Positions 44,569 to 54,239 of a DNA stretch of 64,000 nt are shown here, in pieces (within the stretch, counting starts at the first letter, position 1; the number at the start of each line of letters is the position of its first letter). The notes beneath the pieces are model-generated. The model had not been told where the DNA came from and did not search any database. It saw nothing but the letters and a program-made list of their open reading frames with translations. Source of the stretch: a virus. Its lineage: Duplodnaviria > Heunggongvirae > Uroviricota > Caudoviricetes. Location of the stretch: IMG/VR virus record IMGVR_UViG_3300035670_000048, positions 1-64,000 of that record; one strand, given 5' to 3'. Position numbers and translations under genes: made by a program.

Positions 44569-44591
44569 ACAATTAAAGATAATGAGGAAAT
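44569..44591 (-). promoter_or_regulatory. Early promoter motif, class B.
   Basis: acaattaaagataatgaggaaat. Confidence 0.5.
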
Positions 44592-44594
44592 AAA

Positions 44595-45236
44595 TTAATT
44601 CCTAGCAATCAAGCTATTTTCTTCGGGCTCATCCTCTTCCCATAACCCAAGCGCTTTCATATTTGCAATTTGATCTTCATCTAATTGCCAGTCAAAATCC
44701 ACCTGTTTGGTTTCCTGATTTGATTCTATAGAACGTATTTGATTACCTGTAAGTACTTCACCTACATATAAATAATAACAGTTATAACATAACAATTGTA
44801 GATTTTCTAATCTATAATCTACTTTATTACCGTTTCTAAAATGCATCAGTAATGGCATCTTATAATCTGTAACTCGTCGTTCTGAGAAGTCACACATATC
44901 ACAGCATTCTTTTAGATATCCTTCTTCGACTGCTCTGACCTTAATTTTTTCAGGCGTGAAGCTTTGCCAGCCATCCCCACCATCAAGAATATCCTTAACA
45001 TTCGGTTCTTTACGGCGGTTAGGCAGGAATTTAGGAATACCCACTCCCTCTTGGTTCTTATGTACTTCGAACAGAGTAGGAGAATTAGGATCGTTGTCAT
45101 CTAATCTATATGATTTCATAAATGGCCACAAGTGCTGATATGAGCAACCCAAATAACGAGCAGCTGCTCGAATTGATTTGGTATGTCTCATGGCCCTTAG
45201 TAGGTCCTCTTTATTGAATGGTTTAGCTTTAGCCAT
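44595..45236 (-). CDS. HNH-type endonuclease-like protein with an N-terminal helix-turn-helix-like segment.
   Basis: CCDMCDFSERRVTDYKMPLLMHFRNGNKVDYRLENLQLLCYNCY (Cys pairs flanking His/Asn). N-terminus IRAAARYLGCSYQHLWPF. Confidence 0.45.
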   Translation of the reverse strand: MAKAKPFNKEDLLRAMRHTKSIRAAARYLGCSYQHLWPFMKSYRLDDNDPNSPTLFEVHKNQEGVGIPKFLPNRRKEPNVKDILDGGDGWQSFTPEKIKVRAVEEGYLKECCDMCDFSERRVTDYKMPLLMHFRNGNKVDYRLENLQLLCYNCYYLYVGEVLTGNQIRSIESNQETKQVDFDWQLDEDQIANMKALGLWEEDEPEENSLIARN

Positions 45237-45237
45237 T

Positions 45238-45633
45238 TTATAACAATTTCTTTACAACTTGCCACAGTTGTTCTGGATCAGATATTTCACGTTCATTTCC
45301 ATCTGTATCAACGTATGGAATTGATCCGTCCATTTCTAATCGATCATAACAATAGTGAATAATCAACTCAGCAGCCTGAGTTCCAAATGATAAATAAATC
45401 AGATTATCAATGATTTGTAAATACATTTCATCGTAGTCTGATAAATCGATTTTAAAGTCTGAATGTACTAATGTTGAACGATTTAATACTAATTCAATTT
45501 GAGTAATGATATTGATGAATAATTCATGTTTGATATCATCATTATTTTTCTTACGACGTACTATCTTAGTGTTAGCACCAATAATGTTATTTATTTGGTT
45601 TTGAATACCTTCAATATCTTTATCTACATTCAT
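45238..45633 (-). CDS. Hypothetical protein.
   Basis: 131 aa ORF. Confidence 0.5.
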   Translation of the reverse strand: MNVDKDIEGIQNQINNIIGANTKIVRRKKNNDDIKHELFINIITQIELVLNRSTLVHSDFKIDLSDYDEMYLQIIDNLIYLSFGTQAAELIIHYCYDRLEMDGSIPYVDTDGNEREISDPEQLWQVVKKLL

Positions 45634-45715
45634 AACTTATTATCTTTTTTAATATTATGATTAATAAAACCAATCATTATTCCTACAAACATTATTATTG
45701 TCAATACTATTGGAC

Positions 45716-46024
45716 TCATAACTGATTTTTTAATTTTACAATTTCAGCACACGTTTCATAATCTTCAAACACCTCGTAATACGAGATAGACTTGTCTAGT
45801 GCTGACTCAAAGTCTTGTTTTTCAACTGTTAGGTATTGTCCTGTAGAATTGATTTCAACTATTTTAGCGTGTTTTAATTTACGCTTAATAGCATCTCGTA
45901 TCCCAGTTACTGTTTGATAATAAACAATATCTCTAACAACTTCATTCTCAGCTATAACTGAGTAATCTGGTTCACCGTCTCCGTTTATATTAAACTGTAG
46001 ATTCGGTATTATTCGCTTGGCCAT
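45716..46024 (-). CDS. Hypothetical protein.
   Basis: 102 aa ORF. Confidence 0.5.
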   Translation of the reverse strand: MAKRIIPNLQFNINGDGEPDYSVIAENEVVRDIVYYQTVTGIRDAIKRKLKHAKIVEINSTGQYLTVEKQDFESALDKSISYYEVFEDYETCAEIVKLKNQL

Positions 46025-46406
46025 CAGAATTAGGGTTTAAAATGTTTTTGATAAATAATTTAAAGCTCTCTAATCGGATTAAGAATCCAATTACATTCTG
46101 ATATGGTACGTCTAAATCGGTATCAACTGATAATCCGATATCTGCTAGTCCTTTGTTTAATTTAGTTTTTAATTTTTGGGTAATTTCTTCCTTCTTAGCC
46201 TCGTCTGTGCCTTGAGGAACGATGAATTGAATTTTAATACCCTTTTTAGTCGGGTTTTTATTCACATCCACTACCATTTTTAATCCACTATCTGGTGAAT
46301 CTGGAGGTGTCATATCAACTGCGGGTTGTGTTGGTTCTGCAGTTGTTTCTTCTCCATTTAATTCTCCGATGATAGCTTTTATCTCGTCTTCTAATAAATG
46401 ATGCAT
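45990..46406 (-). CDS. Hypothetical protein.
   Basis: 138 aa ORF. Motif at 46426-46450. Confidence 0.5.
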   Translation of the reverse strand: MHHLLEDEIKAIIGELNGEETTAEPTQPAVDMTPPDSPDSGLKMVVDVNKNPTKKGIKIQFIVPQGTDEAKKEEITQKLKTKLNKGLADIGLSVDTDLDVPYQNVIGFLIRLESFKLFIKNILNPNSDGQANNTESTV

Positions 46407-46425
46407 ATTTTAGTATTTATTTTTC

Positions 46426-46450
46426 TTAATATAAATATAATAAAGAAAGG
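46426..46450 (-). promoter_or_regulatory. Early promoter motif (short form).
   Basis: cttaatataaatataataaagaaagg. Confidence 0.45.
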
Positions 46451-46468
46451 CCCTAGAAACTAGGACCT
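46448..46468 (-). terminator. Terminator-like hairpin after 46490..46840.
   Basis: aggccctagaaactaggacct (one mismatch), immediately followed by the promoter motif. Confidence 0.4.
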
Positions 46469-46489
46469 TTAATTTTTAGCCGTGTGCTA

Positions 46490-46840
46490 CTATTTCTTCT
46501 TAGGATAGTAACGACGCTTTTTCTTCGCTGGCTTAGGTGTTTCAACAACTGGGGCTACTTCAGCTACAGGAGTAGCTTCAACTAAAGGTGTTTGTTCTTC
46601 AGCGATCTCTGCTTTTACCTTTTTAGATGGTGTAGCAGGAACAGAAGCTAACGCTTCATCAATCTTAGCAGCCATCTTTTCTACTTGTTCAATAGACTTA
46701 GATACACTAGCCGTTGCTTCTACAATTTCATCTGTTAGGTCCTTGTTTTCAAGAACAACCTCAACGGTCTCAGATGATTTGTACATGTAAAAAACTGCTC
46801 CAGCAATAATAACTAAAGCGATAATCGAAATTAACAACAT
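46490..46840 (-). CDS. Membrane protein with a basic C-terminal tail.
   Basis: 116 aa. N-terminal TM. C-terminal KPAKKKRRYYPKKK. Terminator-like hairpin downstream at 46448-46468. Confidence 0.5.
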   Translation of the reverse strand: MLLISIIALVIIAGAVFYMYKSSETVEVVLENKDLTDEIVEATASVSKSIEQVEKMAAKIDEALASVPATPSKKVKAEIAEEQTPLVEATPVAEVAPVVETPKPAKKKRRYYPKKK

Positions 46841-46864
46841 AATTGTTTGGGTTTGGTTTAAAAA

Positions 46865-47095
46865 TTAATCTTTGAAAAAGTCTAATACTACAAACTGCAT
46901 AAATTTAAACAGTGATACTGGTATAAATAAAAATAGTACAATAAATGGTATTCCGGGTATTAATAAATATCGTCTATATTTTCGTTTATATGAACGGTCT
47001 AATGATAAATCTAATAATGAATCTACCATAAGCGCTACTGCAACATTCATAACAATAAGAACAAATATATAAAAAGTGATTAGTACGTATTCCAT
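46865..47095 (-). CDS. Small 2-TM membrane protein.
   Basis: 76 aa, hydrophobic. Confidence 0.5.
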   Translation of the reverse strand: MEYVLITFYIFVLIVMNVAVALMVDSLLDLSLDRSYKRKYRRYLLIPGIPFIVLFLFIPVSLFKFMQFVVLDFFKD

Positions 47096-47271
47096 TATTC
47101 TTCTCTATGGTGTTTAGTTGTGTTATGATAGATAAATGCGGTTAATAATACCCACCCAAATTTAGATGAGTCGGTCCATTCAATTAGAGCAACATCATAA
47201 TTAATTAATGTAAATACTCCAAATGCTATTAAAGCAGCTACTACAGCGTATTGTATTAAAACTTTTATCAT
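47095..47271 (-). CDS. Small membrane ORF (58 aa).
   Basis: Translated by eye: MIKVLIQYAVVAALIAFGVFTLINYDVALIEWTDSSKFGWVLLTAFIYHNTTKHHREE*. Motif at 47269-47293 abuts the ATG. Confidence 0.3.
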   Translation of the reverse strand: MIKVLIQYAVVAALIAFGVFTLINYDVALIEWTDSSKFGWVLLTAFIYHNTTKHHREE

Positions 47272-47293
47272 AATGTAAATTTAATTAGGAAAG
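47269..47293 (-). promoter_or_regulatory. Early promoter motif, class A (short).
   Basis: cataatgtaaatttaattaggaaag. Confidence 0.5.
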
Positions 47294-47298
47294 TTTGC

Positions 47299-48066
47299 TT
47301 ATCCAATATATTTTTCATTGTTTGTTGAGTTATGTCTAGCATACCCACCCCACTTGTATCTGAAGTAATCATGACATTGTTGTTCTACAACTGAAGCGTT
47401 TGCTTTTTGTTCGTCTGATTTAGTACCTAATGATACGAAGTGATAGAATGATATATTATATAAGCGAATCATCTTCATGTTATTTAATTTACATTTCATA
47501 AAGAATTCCCAATCTACTACCCACGGTCCAGGATATGTTTCATCGAATCCACCTACTTTTAAGTAATCGGTTTTAGAGATGAATATGGGAAATGTAGATC
47601 CACATTCGTCTTGGTATTGCTTTGATAGCTGTACTTCCTCTACTCTGAAGCGCTCCAATTCAAATGTTTCAGGTGTGCGTCCGAAATCCTGAATGTGAAA
47701 TTGTGAAAACATACTTGGGTATGGTTCAATTTGATTGGGAGCATACACACATCCAGGTTTATATTGTGATTCTAATCTTGTATCCCAATCCACGGGAAAC
47801 ACGTTATCATCTTGGATATGAAGCACTAACTCGTTTGACGCATTGTAGTGGCCGAAGTTCATAGCTCGTATCATTCCCACGTTTTCCTCCAAGTTAAGTA
47901 TTGATATGTGTTCTTTATATTTATCTAATACTTCTTTATTGATATCGTAGAATCCATCTACAACTACGATGATTTCGTTCTTATTAGTTTGTCCTTCAAT
48001 ACATGATTTTAAACACAAATCAAGTGCTTCTGGTTCCTTATACGTTGGTATTACAACTGATATCAT
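47299..48066 (-). CDS. GT2-family glycosyltransferase. Start moved to MISVVIPTY..., which couples ATGA with the upstream gene.
   Basis: ISVVIPTYKEPEALDLCLKSCIEGQTNKNEIIVVVDGFYD is a GT-A fold DxD-type N-terminus. Confidence 0.55.
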   Translation of the reverse strand: MISVVIPTYKEPEALDLCLKSCIEGQTNKNEIIVVVDGFYDINKEVLDKYKEHISILNLEENVGMIRAMNFGHYNASNELVLHIQDDNVFPVDWDTRLESQYKPGCVYAPNQIEPYPSMFSQFHIQDFGRTPETFELERFRVEEVQLSKQYQDECGSTFPIFISKTDYLKVGGFDETYPGPWVVDWEFFMKCKLNNMKMIRLYNISFYHFVSLGTKSDEQKANASVVEQQCHDYFRYKWGGYARHNSTNNEKYIG

Positions 48067-48749
48067 ACTTTTGCCCAATTTGTTAATGAAGAAAGCCAAG
48101 CGGTTTCACCGTGAGTTGAATATCCTGGAATTGAGGATAATAATCGTTTGCCTCTATTATATAAATCAATAAACATATGAAAATCACGTGGGTATGTTTC
48201 TGAAGTATAATCACGTAATACTTCTTCGTCTTGACGTAATGTTTTTACTTTAGCAGCAAACGTCATTGTAGTTGCATTAGTTATCTTCCAATGCACTGAC
48301 TCCGTCAGGAATACACGAGTAATTTCACTGTTTTCTGTAATGTATGGATTACCACCTACATCTCCATTAATGTATTTATCTGGATGATCATATAGTGTTA
48401 CGTAGTCGCCTATTTCTAGTCCTTCTTCGATTAATTTTAACGAATTTGGTCTGTGTAGATAATCATTTTCGATAAAGTATACTATCTCGTTATCGTCTAG
48501 CGTTAAAGCTAAATCTAATGCTAAATTAAATGTACCTGCACCGTGTCCAACTGAAACGTACTGAATTTTATCTTCAGAGCAATACTGAGTAATCATTTTG
48601 TTTGTTTCCTCAGATGTATTATCTGCTATAATGGTCCAATCAGCGTCTTTGAATATATTAATTGCATTCCATAGACAATTTCGGTTAGTAATGTACTTTG
48701 GTTTTACTTTATTATATCCTGCGTCTGATATTCTGTAAATTATTTTCAT
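48063..48749 (-). CDS. Polysaccharide-biosynthesis protein (putative glycosyltransferase).
   Basis: Within the glycan operon. Start re-assigned to MKIIYRISDAGYNKVKP. Function is from context only. Confidence 0.35.
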   Translation of the reverse strand: MKIIYRISDAGYNKVKPKYITNRNCLWNAINIFKDADWTIIADNTSEETNKMITQYCSEDKIQYVSVGHGAGTFNLALDLALTLDDNEIVYFIENDYLHRPNSLKLIEEGLEIGDYVTLYDHPDKYINGDVGGNPYITENSEITRVFLTESVHWKITNATTMTFAAKVKTLRQDEEVLRDYTSETYPRDFHMFIDLYNRGKRLLSSIPGYSTHGETAWLSSLTNWAKV

Positions 48750-49540
48750 ACTGTTAATACTCCTTCTGTTAATACGTGATAATGACATACACCCTCAATC
48801 ATTATATTCTTATGACTCGAATCGTGTATCTCGTATTTTTTAACTAAATTTAATAAAGAAAGGTACTTATCTGGCGATATTAAATGTTCTTTTGATAAGT
48901 TATTGCGTTCTATACAATCACGTAAGAATTTCTCGCAACTCCAGTTTTCAATATACTCCCAAATGCGTCCGTTATAATCGTCTAATGATTTAATATACTT
49001 ATATGTTTCGTCAGCATAGTAAGCATCGTTTAAATAATCGGTTTTAGCTACGTTTATAAAGTAGAAATTTGTTTGTGGGTAGAAATCTTCATTTACTATA
49101 CGTTCAAAATCAAAATCGTATTTAAACATACCACCAAATCCGATTCCATTCAAATAATAGAAATCAGCATCACCTATCTGTTTATCTAATAACTCCTGAG
49201 TGACGATTGTATCATTTGCTGATTTACATAGCCACTCAATGTTATTTTCCTTACAGTAATTGAATACTAAGTTATCTAGGTCAACGTAGCCGTGATTGTG
49301 ACCTCTGTTTTCTGGGGATGTGATTAGAATACATTTTGGGAAATATTCACGCCACATTAACTCATATGGTTTAATCCATTCAGATGAGTTAAAGTTTGTA
49401 GCTATGATTATATTCTCATATTCCTCAAGTATATCTAGATTGTATTTAATATATTGCTCTATTCGATCAATACTTTCTTGAGAATCGATATAACCGATTG
49501 TGCCGTAAGCACTTTTATTCATTAATTCTCTGACAACCAT
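48746..49540 (-). CDS. Glycan-island protein of unknown function.
   Basis: 264 aa ORF, coupled to its neighbours. Confidence 0.4.
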   Translation of the reverse strand: MVVRELMNKSAYGTIGYIDSQESIDRIEQYIKYNLDILEEYENIIIATNFNSSEWIKPYELMWREYFPKCILITSPENRGHNHGYVDLDNLVFNYCKENNIEWLCKSANDTIVTQELLDKQIGDADFYYLNGIGFGGMFKYDFDFERIVNEDFYPQTNFYFINVAKTDYLNDAYYADETYKYIKSLDDYNGRIWEYIENWSCEKFLRDCIERNNLSKEHLISPDKYLSLLNLVKKYEIHDSSHKNIMIEGVCHYHVLTEGVLTV

Positions 49541-50262
49541 GCTGTTAATTTATCTATATTCATTGTTATGTCCTCAGGTGCAAATGCTGGTTTTGCTACT
49601 GGTTTAGTTCTAAATTCATACTTAGTTAAATCGTACCATGTTTTTTCTTCAGTTCCAACATTAAACACTCCACTAGCATTTGTTTTAATTAATTTAATAA
49701 TTAATGATGCTATTTTAGGTGTATAATCGCCATTTGTAGATTGATTACGCCACGCTTGTGCCCATGGGAATGGATATGGTTTATGTGATTCTCTAATGAT
49801 TAAATAATCATTTGAACGTAATTGCACATATGCATCCGCTACTAATTTAGTATAGCCATACCAATTTCTATCATTTGCTGGTACTGTTTCCTCGCTTGCT
49901 TTAGGTAATGAATTAACATAAACGTGATCTGTTGATATATGAATTAATTTTATACCCATATCGTTACAGTAGTCAGTTAACTCAGCAGCAAACTTATAAT
50001 TGATATTCCAATGTGGTTCTCTATCGTCTGAATAAGTAGATGTGTCTGCTATACAGTTTACTATTGTATTATACTTTAGTATTATTTCTCCAATTTCAGT
50101 AAATTGATGCAGTACTTTCTTATTTAAGCTAGTTACATCACTAATATTGAATCCATCTTTTTTACGGGATATATAATCCCATCCTGTCTGCTTTACTAAT
50201 TCAGAACCTAATTGTCCATCACCTAATACTAAGACTTTGTCTGCGGGAACACCTCTATGCAT
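49522..50262 (-). CDS. NAD(P)-dependent sugar-nucleotide reductase/epimerase (RmlD-like).
   Basis: N-terminal Rossmann VLVLGDGQLGSEL. ISTDHVY and YGYTK (YxxxK) are placed as in dTDP-4-dehydrorhamnose reductases. Confidence 0.6.
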   Translation of the reverse strand: MHRGVPADKVLVLGDGQLGSELVKQTGWDYISRKKDGFNISDVTSLNKKVLHQFTEIGEIILKYNTIVNCIADTSTYSDDREPHWNINYKFAAELTDYCNDMGIKLIHISTDHVYVNSLPKASEETVPANDRNWYGYTKLVADAYVQLRSNDYLIIRESHKPYPFPWAQAWRNQSTNGDYTPKIASLIIKLIKTNASGVFNVGTEEKTWYDLTKYEFRTKPVAKPAFAPEDITMNIDKLTAWLSEN

Positions 50263-50441
50263 AACACGTTTTTATCATTTATCATTATCATTCGGCCATC
50301 AGCAGTAGTCAGTTTTGTAAACTGACCCTGCTTGATGACTGCTGTTTCAATATCTTCAAATGTTCGTTTTTCACCACCTACAAAGTGAATGATTTGAGTA
50401 ACGTACTTACCTTGTTTTTTAACACTTGATTGTAAATCCAT
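50229..50441 (-). CDS. Small glycan-island protein.
   Basis: 70 aa ORF. Confidence 0.4.
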   Translation of the reverse strand: MDLQSSVKKQGKYVTQIIHFVGGEKRTFEDIETAVIKQGQFTKLTTADGRMIMINDKNVLCIEVFPQTKS

Positions 50442-51727
50442 TATTTAAACGCTTTAATTACTTGTTCAATATACTCAAATACTGGTTCAGTATAGTGTGG
50501 TGCAGCACCGATAAAGAATACTTTATCTAATACTTTATTTGCTTCAGGGTATAGACTCGAATCGTCTAGGAATGAATAGCCTGGATGTAATAAGATATTA
50601 CCTGCAAAGTAATTACGTGTTTGGATTTTATTTGCTTCTAGGTATTCAACTAAACGATGTTTTAAACCTGGCTCATCACAAATAAATGGTGTACCAAACC
50701 AACATGGATCTGCTTTATCCAATGCGATAGGTGCTCTTAATCCTGGAATATTGTCTGTAAAGATTTGAGTTAAACGATCATGTGATGTACGACGATTAGC
50801 TTCAATTTCATCTAATTTGACTAGTTGTTCTAACCCAATAGCACCTTGTAAATCCAATGGTTTTAAGTTATATCCCATTTCTGAAAACACATACTTGTGA
50901 TCGATTATACCATCATAATTTTCAAGCCATTTATCGAATCGATTACCGCATGTACCACATGATAATAAGTTAGCTGAACCGATGCAATAACAATCTCTAC
51001 CCCACCATGAAATCGAAACGAATAATTTCTTTAATTCATCATCGTTTGTACATACCATTCCACCTTCACCAGTTGAGATGTGGTGTGCAGGATAAAACGA
51101 ATTTGAGAATGCAACATAGTATTCGCTTAAGTATTCATTACCCCATTTAGAACCTAATGAATCGCAGTTATCACCTACTAATTGAATATTGTGTTTAGTA
51201 GCGATTTCAAGTAATCGATCCATATCTGGTGGATTACCTAATACGGGCGATACGAAGATTGCCTTAGTACGAGGTGTGATTTTAGCCTCTAACGCGTCTA
51301 AATCAAAGTTTAATGTATCCCACTCAATGTCTACGAATACTGGTTTTAATCGATGTTGATAAAGAACCGAGATAGTAGTAGCAAATCCAACAGGCGATAC
51401 AAGTACTTCATCATCGTCTGCCCACTTGAATCTGCGCTTAAGCGCCGCAATTAATACAAGATTTGCTGACGAACCTGAATTAACCATATGTGAGTGTTTC
51501 ACATTGAATCGCTTACTGAATTGACGTTCGAATTTAAATACTTTCTCACCTGTAGTAATCCATTTACCATTTAAGAATGTATCAATAGCGGCTTCTGTTT
51601 CTTTATTATCCCAATACGGTCCTGAATAGTAAATTGGTGTTTTACCTGGTTCAAAACTCTTAGCATTATAGATATAAGGTGCTACGTGATTACCAATTAA
51701 TGATTGTATGTTTTCTAAATTTACCAT
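50441..51727 (-). CDS. DegT/DnrJ/EryC1/StrS-family PLP-dependent sugar aminotransferase or 3-dehydrase (RfbH/DdhC-like by length).
   Basis: 428 aa. GKWITTGEKVFKFERQF ... NSGSSANLVLIAAL ... DNCDSLGSKW ... FSNSFYPAHHISTGEGGMV follows the DegT family pattern. The length fits E1-dehydrase-type members. Confidence 0.65.
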   Translation of the reverse strand: MVNLENIQSLIGNHVAPYIYNAKSFEPGKTPIYYSGPYWDNKETEAAIDTFLNGKWITTGEKVFKFERQFSKRFNVKHSHMVNSGSSANLVLIAALKRRFKWADDDEVLVSPVGFATTISVLYQHRLKPVFVDIEWDTLNFDLDALEAKITPRTKAIFVSPVLGNPPDMDRLLEIATKHNIQLVGDNCDSLGSKWGNEYLSEYYVAFSNSFYPAHHISTGEGGMVCTNDDELKKLFVSISWWGRDCYCIGSANLLSCGTCGNRFDKWLENYDGIIDHKYVFSEMGYNLKPLDLQGAIGLEQLVKLDEIEANRRTSHDRLTQIFTDNIPGLRAPIALDKADPCWFGTPFICDEPGLKHRLVEYLEANKIQTRNYFAGNILLHPGYSFLDDSSLYPEANKVLDKVFFIGAAPHYTEPVFEYIEQVIKAFK

Positions 51728-51730
51728 TTA

Positions 51731-52600
51731 TTATATTTTTGAAATTAAATACTCTGCTAATGCTTTAGTTGTTAAGTGTTGTTTTGTATGCTCGTAAACT
51801 TGATCTAATATACTGAAGAAATTACTTTCATCAAAATTATTAGCTAAATTTCGGGCCTCTAGTAGTAATTCCTTGGGGAAGTTGGCTAATGTATCCTTAG
51901 GGCAGTCTTCTAATCCTATAAAGTAAGGCATACAATAGTTACCTAATATTTCGTAGTGACGCATACAATCCCATCCTGCCTTCTTCATTGTTACTCCGTA
52001 GTATGATTTCTGATAGTCTTCATAATATGATTCTTCAGTTTTGAAGATATATGTTTCATGTTGGCCTGGAATTACTGTACCGTACTCTTGTGTTTTATTT
52101 TTATTTGGTATAGCTAATTTTGAAGTTGGAAATGCAAATGTAATCGGTAATAGGTTTGAATGGTTATCTGCTAGTTCACGTTTAAAGTATAGGTGTTTTG
52201 TATATGATGAATCTAATTCTGACTCATCATTGCCATCCACTAATATAATTCTATTTGATGGATAGTAGTTTGATACTAAAAACCAATAATCCTTACAACG
52301 TTTGATAGCACCATAAATAATATAATCATAATATCGATCTTTAATTTTTTGTTCAATATCAGTTCGATCAATATTATTTTCACCAATTAGCCAGAATGAA
52401 GTCATTCCACCCCACAAGTGTTTAGTATCGATTTTACCTTCATATTCCTTATATAATGTAGGTATTTGAGTACTATCTACTACATTATCTCCGAATAACT
52501 CCCTTAATCCATAGAATAATAGATCATTCTGGTAGTCATTAATGAATCCACCACTCGCCTTAGCTATATCTAAATAATTAGTTACGTATAATATTTTCAT
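51731..52600 (-). CDS. Glycan-island protein of unknown function.
   Basis: 289 aa ORF. Confidence 0.4.
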   Translation of the reverse strand: MKILYVTNYLDIAKASGGFINDYQNDLLFYGLRELFGDNVVDSTQIPTLYKEYEGKIDTKHLWGGMTSFWLIGENNIDRTDIEQKIKDRYYDYIIYGAIKRCKDYWFLVSNYYPSNRIILVDGNDESELDSSYTKHLYFKRELADNHSNLLPITFAFPTSKLAIPNKNKTQEYGTVIPGQHETYIFKTEESYYEDYQKSYYGVTMKKAGWDCMRHYEILGNYCMPYFIGLEDCPKDTLANFPKELLLEARNLANNFDESNFFSILDQVYEHTKQHLTTKALAEYLISKI

Positions 52601-53514
52601 GATAGGAATACTTCATTAAATTGTTTCATTACGTTTTCTGGAGTGTATTCTTTATAACAGTTCCAATCGATAGGTTCAACACCACGTTTAATATTAAGTA
52701 AGAAATGATACAACTCATCATAATTAGAATAGTATGTACCTTTATCACCTAACATTTCGATATGATTACGTTCAGGTGAGTTCTTATATGTAATCACTGG
52801 TTTATTTTTGGTTGAAAACTCAGCAATAGCTAAACCGAATGTTTCTCCTCGTTCACGAGCATGAATCATAGCATCGCATGTATTAATGAATGCTACTTTC
52901 TGATTCATATCAGTGGTTCCTTTAAGGAATTTTACATTTGGTAAATCACAAAACGCATCCTGATTCATGAATAAAAATAGTAAGTCGCTTCGTAAAGTAG
53001 CTGCATCAATTACTGCTTGGCGTGCAAATGGTAATTCAAAGTTATTACCTCCATAATATCCGAGTACGAATCTATAATGGCGTCCGAATACTTCTTTATA
53101 ATCGTATTTTTCATCTGGTAAATCAACCATATGAGGAACGAATGGAGATCCATTACCATGAGTATCAGCTAGCCATTTAGATACATAAGCATAAACATCA
53201 CCATGAGGCTCATATGATGGAAATACAGCGTGTACTAAATTTTTAGCATTTGGATGTAGTACTCCATCATTAAATCCGTACTTTAAAACATGAAAGTAAT
53301 CACATTCAATATTATATATTTCATTTATATTTGGAGCTACTATCGTTTCGAATCGATTATTGAATTTATCATAGCTGGTTAATTCAGCATTCTGAGTAGT
53401 GGCAATAATTGATTTATTACCTAATATAGTTTCATTATAATGAGCGTAATCGTATACTGCTATACTAGTGCCTCGCTCATTTAGGTTCGGATCGTAGAAT
53501 AAAATGGTTTTCAT
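52597..53514 (-). CDS. GT-B glycosyltransferase (GT4-like C-terminal domain).
   Basis: RERGETFGLAIAEFSTKNKPVITY is the GT4 E-x7-E-type donor-binding region. Confidence 0.45.
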   Translation of the reverse strand: MKTILFYDPNLNERGTSIAVYDYAHYNETILGNKSIIATTQNAELTSYDKFNNRFETIVAPNINEIYNIECDYFHVLKYGFNDGVLHPNAKNLVHAVFPSYEPHGDVYAYVSKWLADTHGNGSPFVPHMVDLPDEKYDYKEVFGRHYRFVLGYYGGNNFELPFARQAVIDAATLRSDLLFLFMNQDAFCDLPNVKFLKGTTDMNQKVAFINTCDAMIHARERGETFGLAIAEFSTKNKPVITYKNSPERNHIEMLGDKGTYYSNYDELYHFLLNIKRGVEPIDWNCYKEYTPENVMKQFNEVFLS

Positions 53515-54239
53515 ATTTCAACTATAGGTAGTAATTCAGCTAATCGTTCTACTTTATCAATGCTATGTACTGTACAGATGTGATCACATGGGTATTCATT
53601 ATCGATTCTGAACATTCTGTAGCCGAATGATTTAATGTAATTTAATAATTGTTCTTTAGTTACATTAAATTTAGCTAATTGGTGTTCCTCGATTTCAATG
53701 AATATATCTGGTAGTGATTGCTTGATTGTATTTTCAGCACCTAATAAAGCAAATAATTCATACCCTTGTACATCCATTTTGATAAAGTCAGGTTGTGAAT
53801 CTATCATATCTAATGTGATAACTTGTACTTCATCTCCACCTTCACCTACTGATGTATCTCCTATATTTACCCAATCTAAATCGTATGATACAGGACTCAT
53901 CGTTGTAATACCTTGCTCTTGACCTAACGCAGCATGAACTACAATAGCATTATATATGTTATTTAAAATCATATTACCACTTAATTGCTGATTAACAATG
54001 CGTTGTGGTTCGAATGCAAATAATCTACCTGATGGACCAATTTGTTTACCCATTATTACAGCATTATATCCGAAATTTGATCCACAATCAAGTACTGTAT
54101 CTCCTTCTTTAACTAAATGTTGTACTACAGTTTTAAAGTGTGGTTCCCATGGTTTGCCACTTTTTAAATGCTGTGCTATAGCATCGTTAGGGAAGACGAT
54201 AAAATTACCGTCTTCGTTTTGGAATAATTCTGATATCAT
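53511..54239 (-). CDS. FkbM-family SAM-dependent methyltransferase.
   Basis: VLDCGSNFGYNAVIMGKQIGPSGRLFAFEPQ. Confidence 0.65.
   Translation of the reverse strand: MISELFQNEDGNFIVFPNDAIAQHLKSGKPWEPHFKTVVQHLVKEGDTVLDCGSNFGYNAVIMGKQIGPSGRLFAFEPQRIVNQQLSGNMILNNIYNAIVVHAALGQEQGITTMSPVSYDLDWVNIGDTSVGEGGDEVQVITLDMIDSQPDFIKMDVQGYELFALLGAENTIKQSLPDIFIEIEEHQLAKFNVTKEQLLNYIKSFGYRMFRIDNEYPCDHICTVHSIDKVERLAELLPIVEI

Noticed and set aside
44912-45100. Minus-strand 62-aa ORF and plus-strand 60-aa ORF inside the HNH gene.
   Set aside because: They are out-of-frame overlaps of the 213-aa ORF that carries the Cys/His motif.
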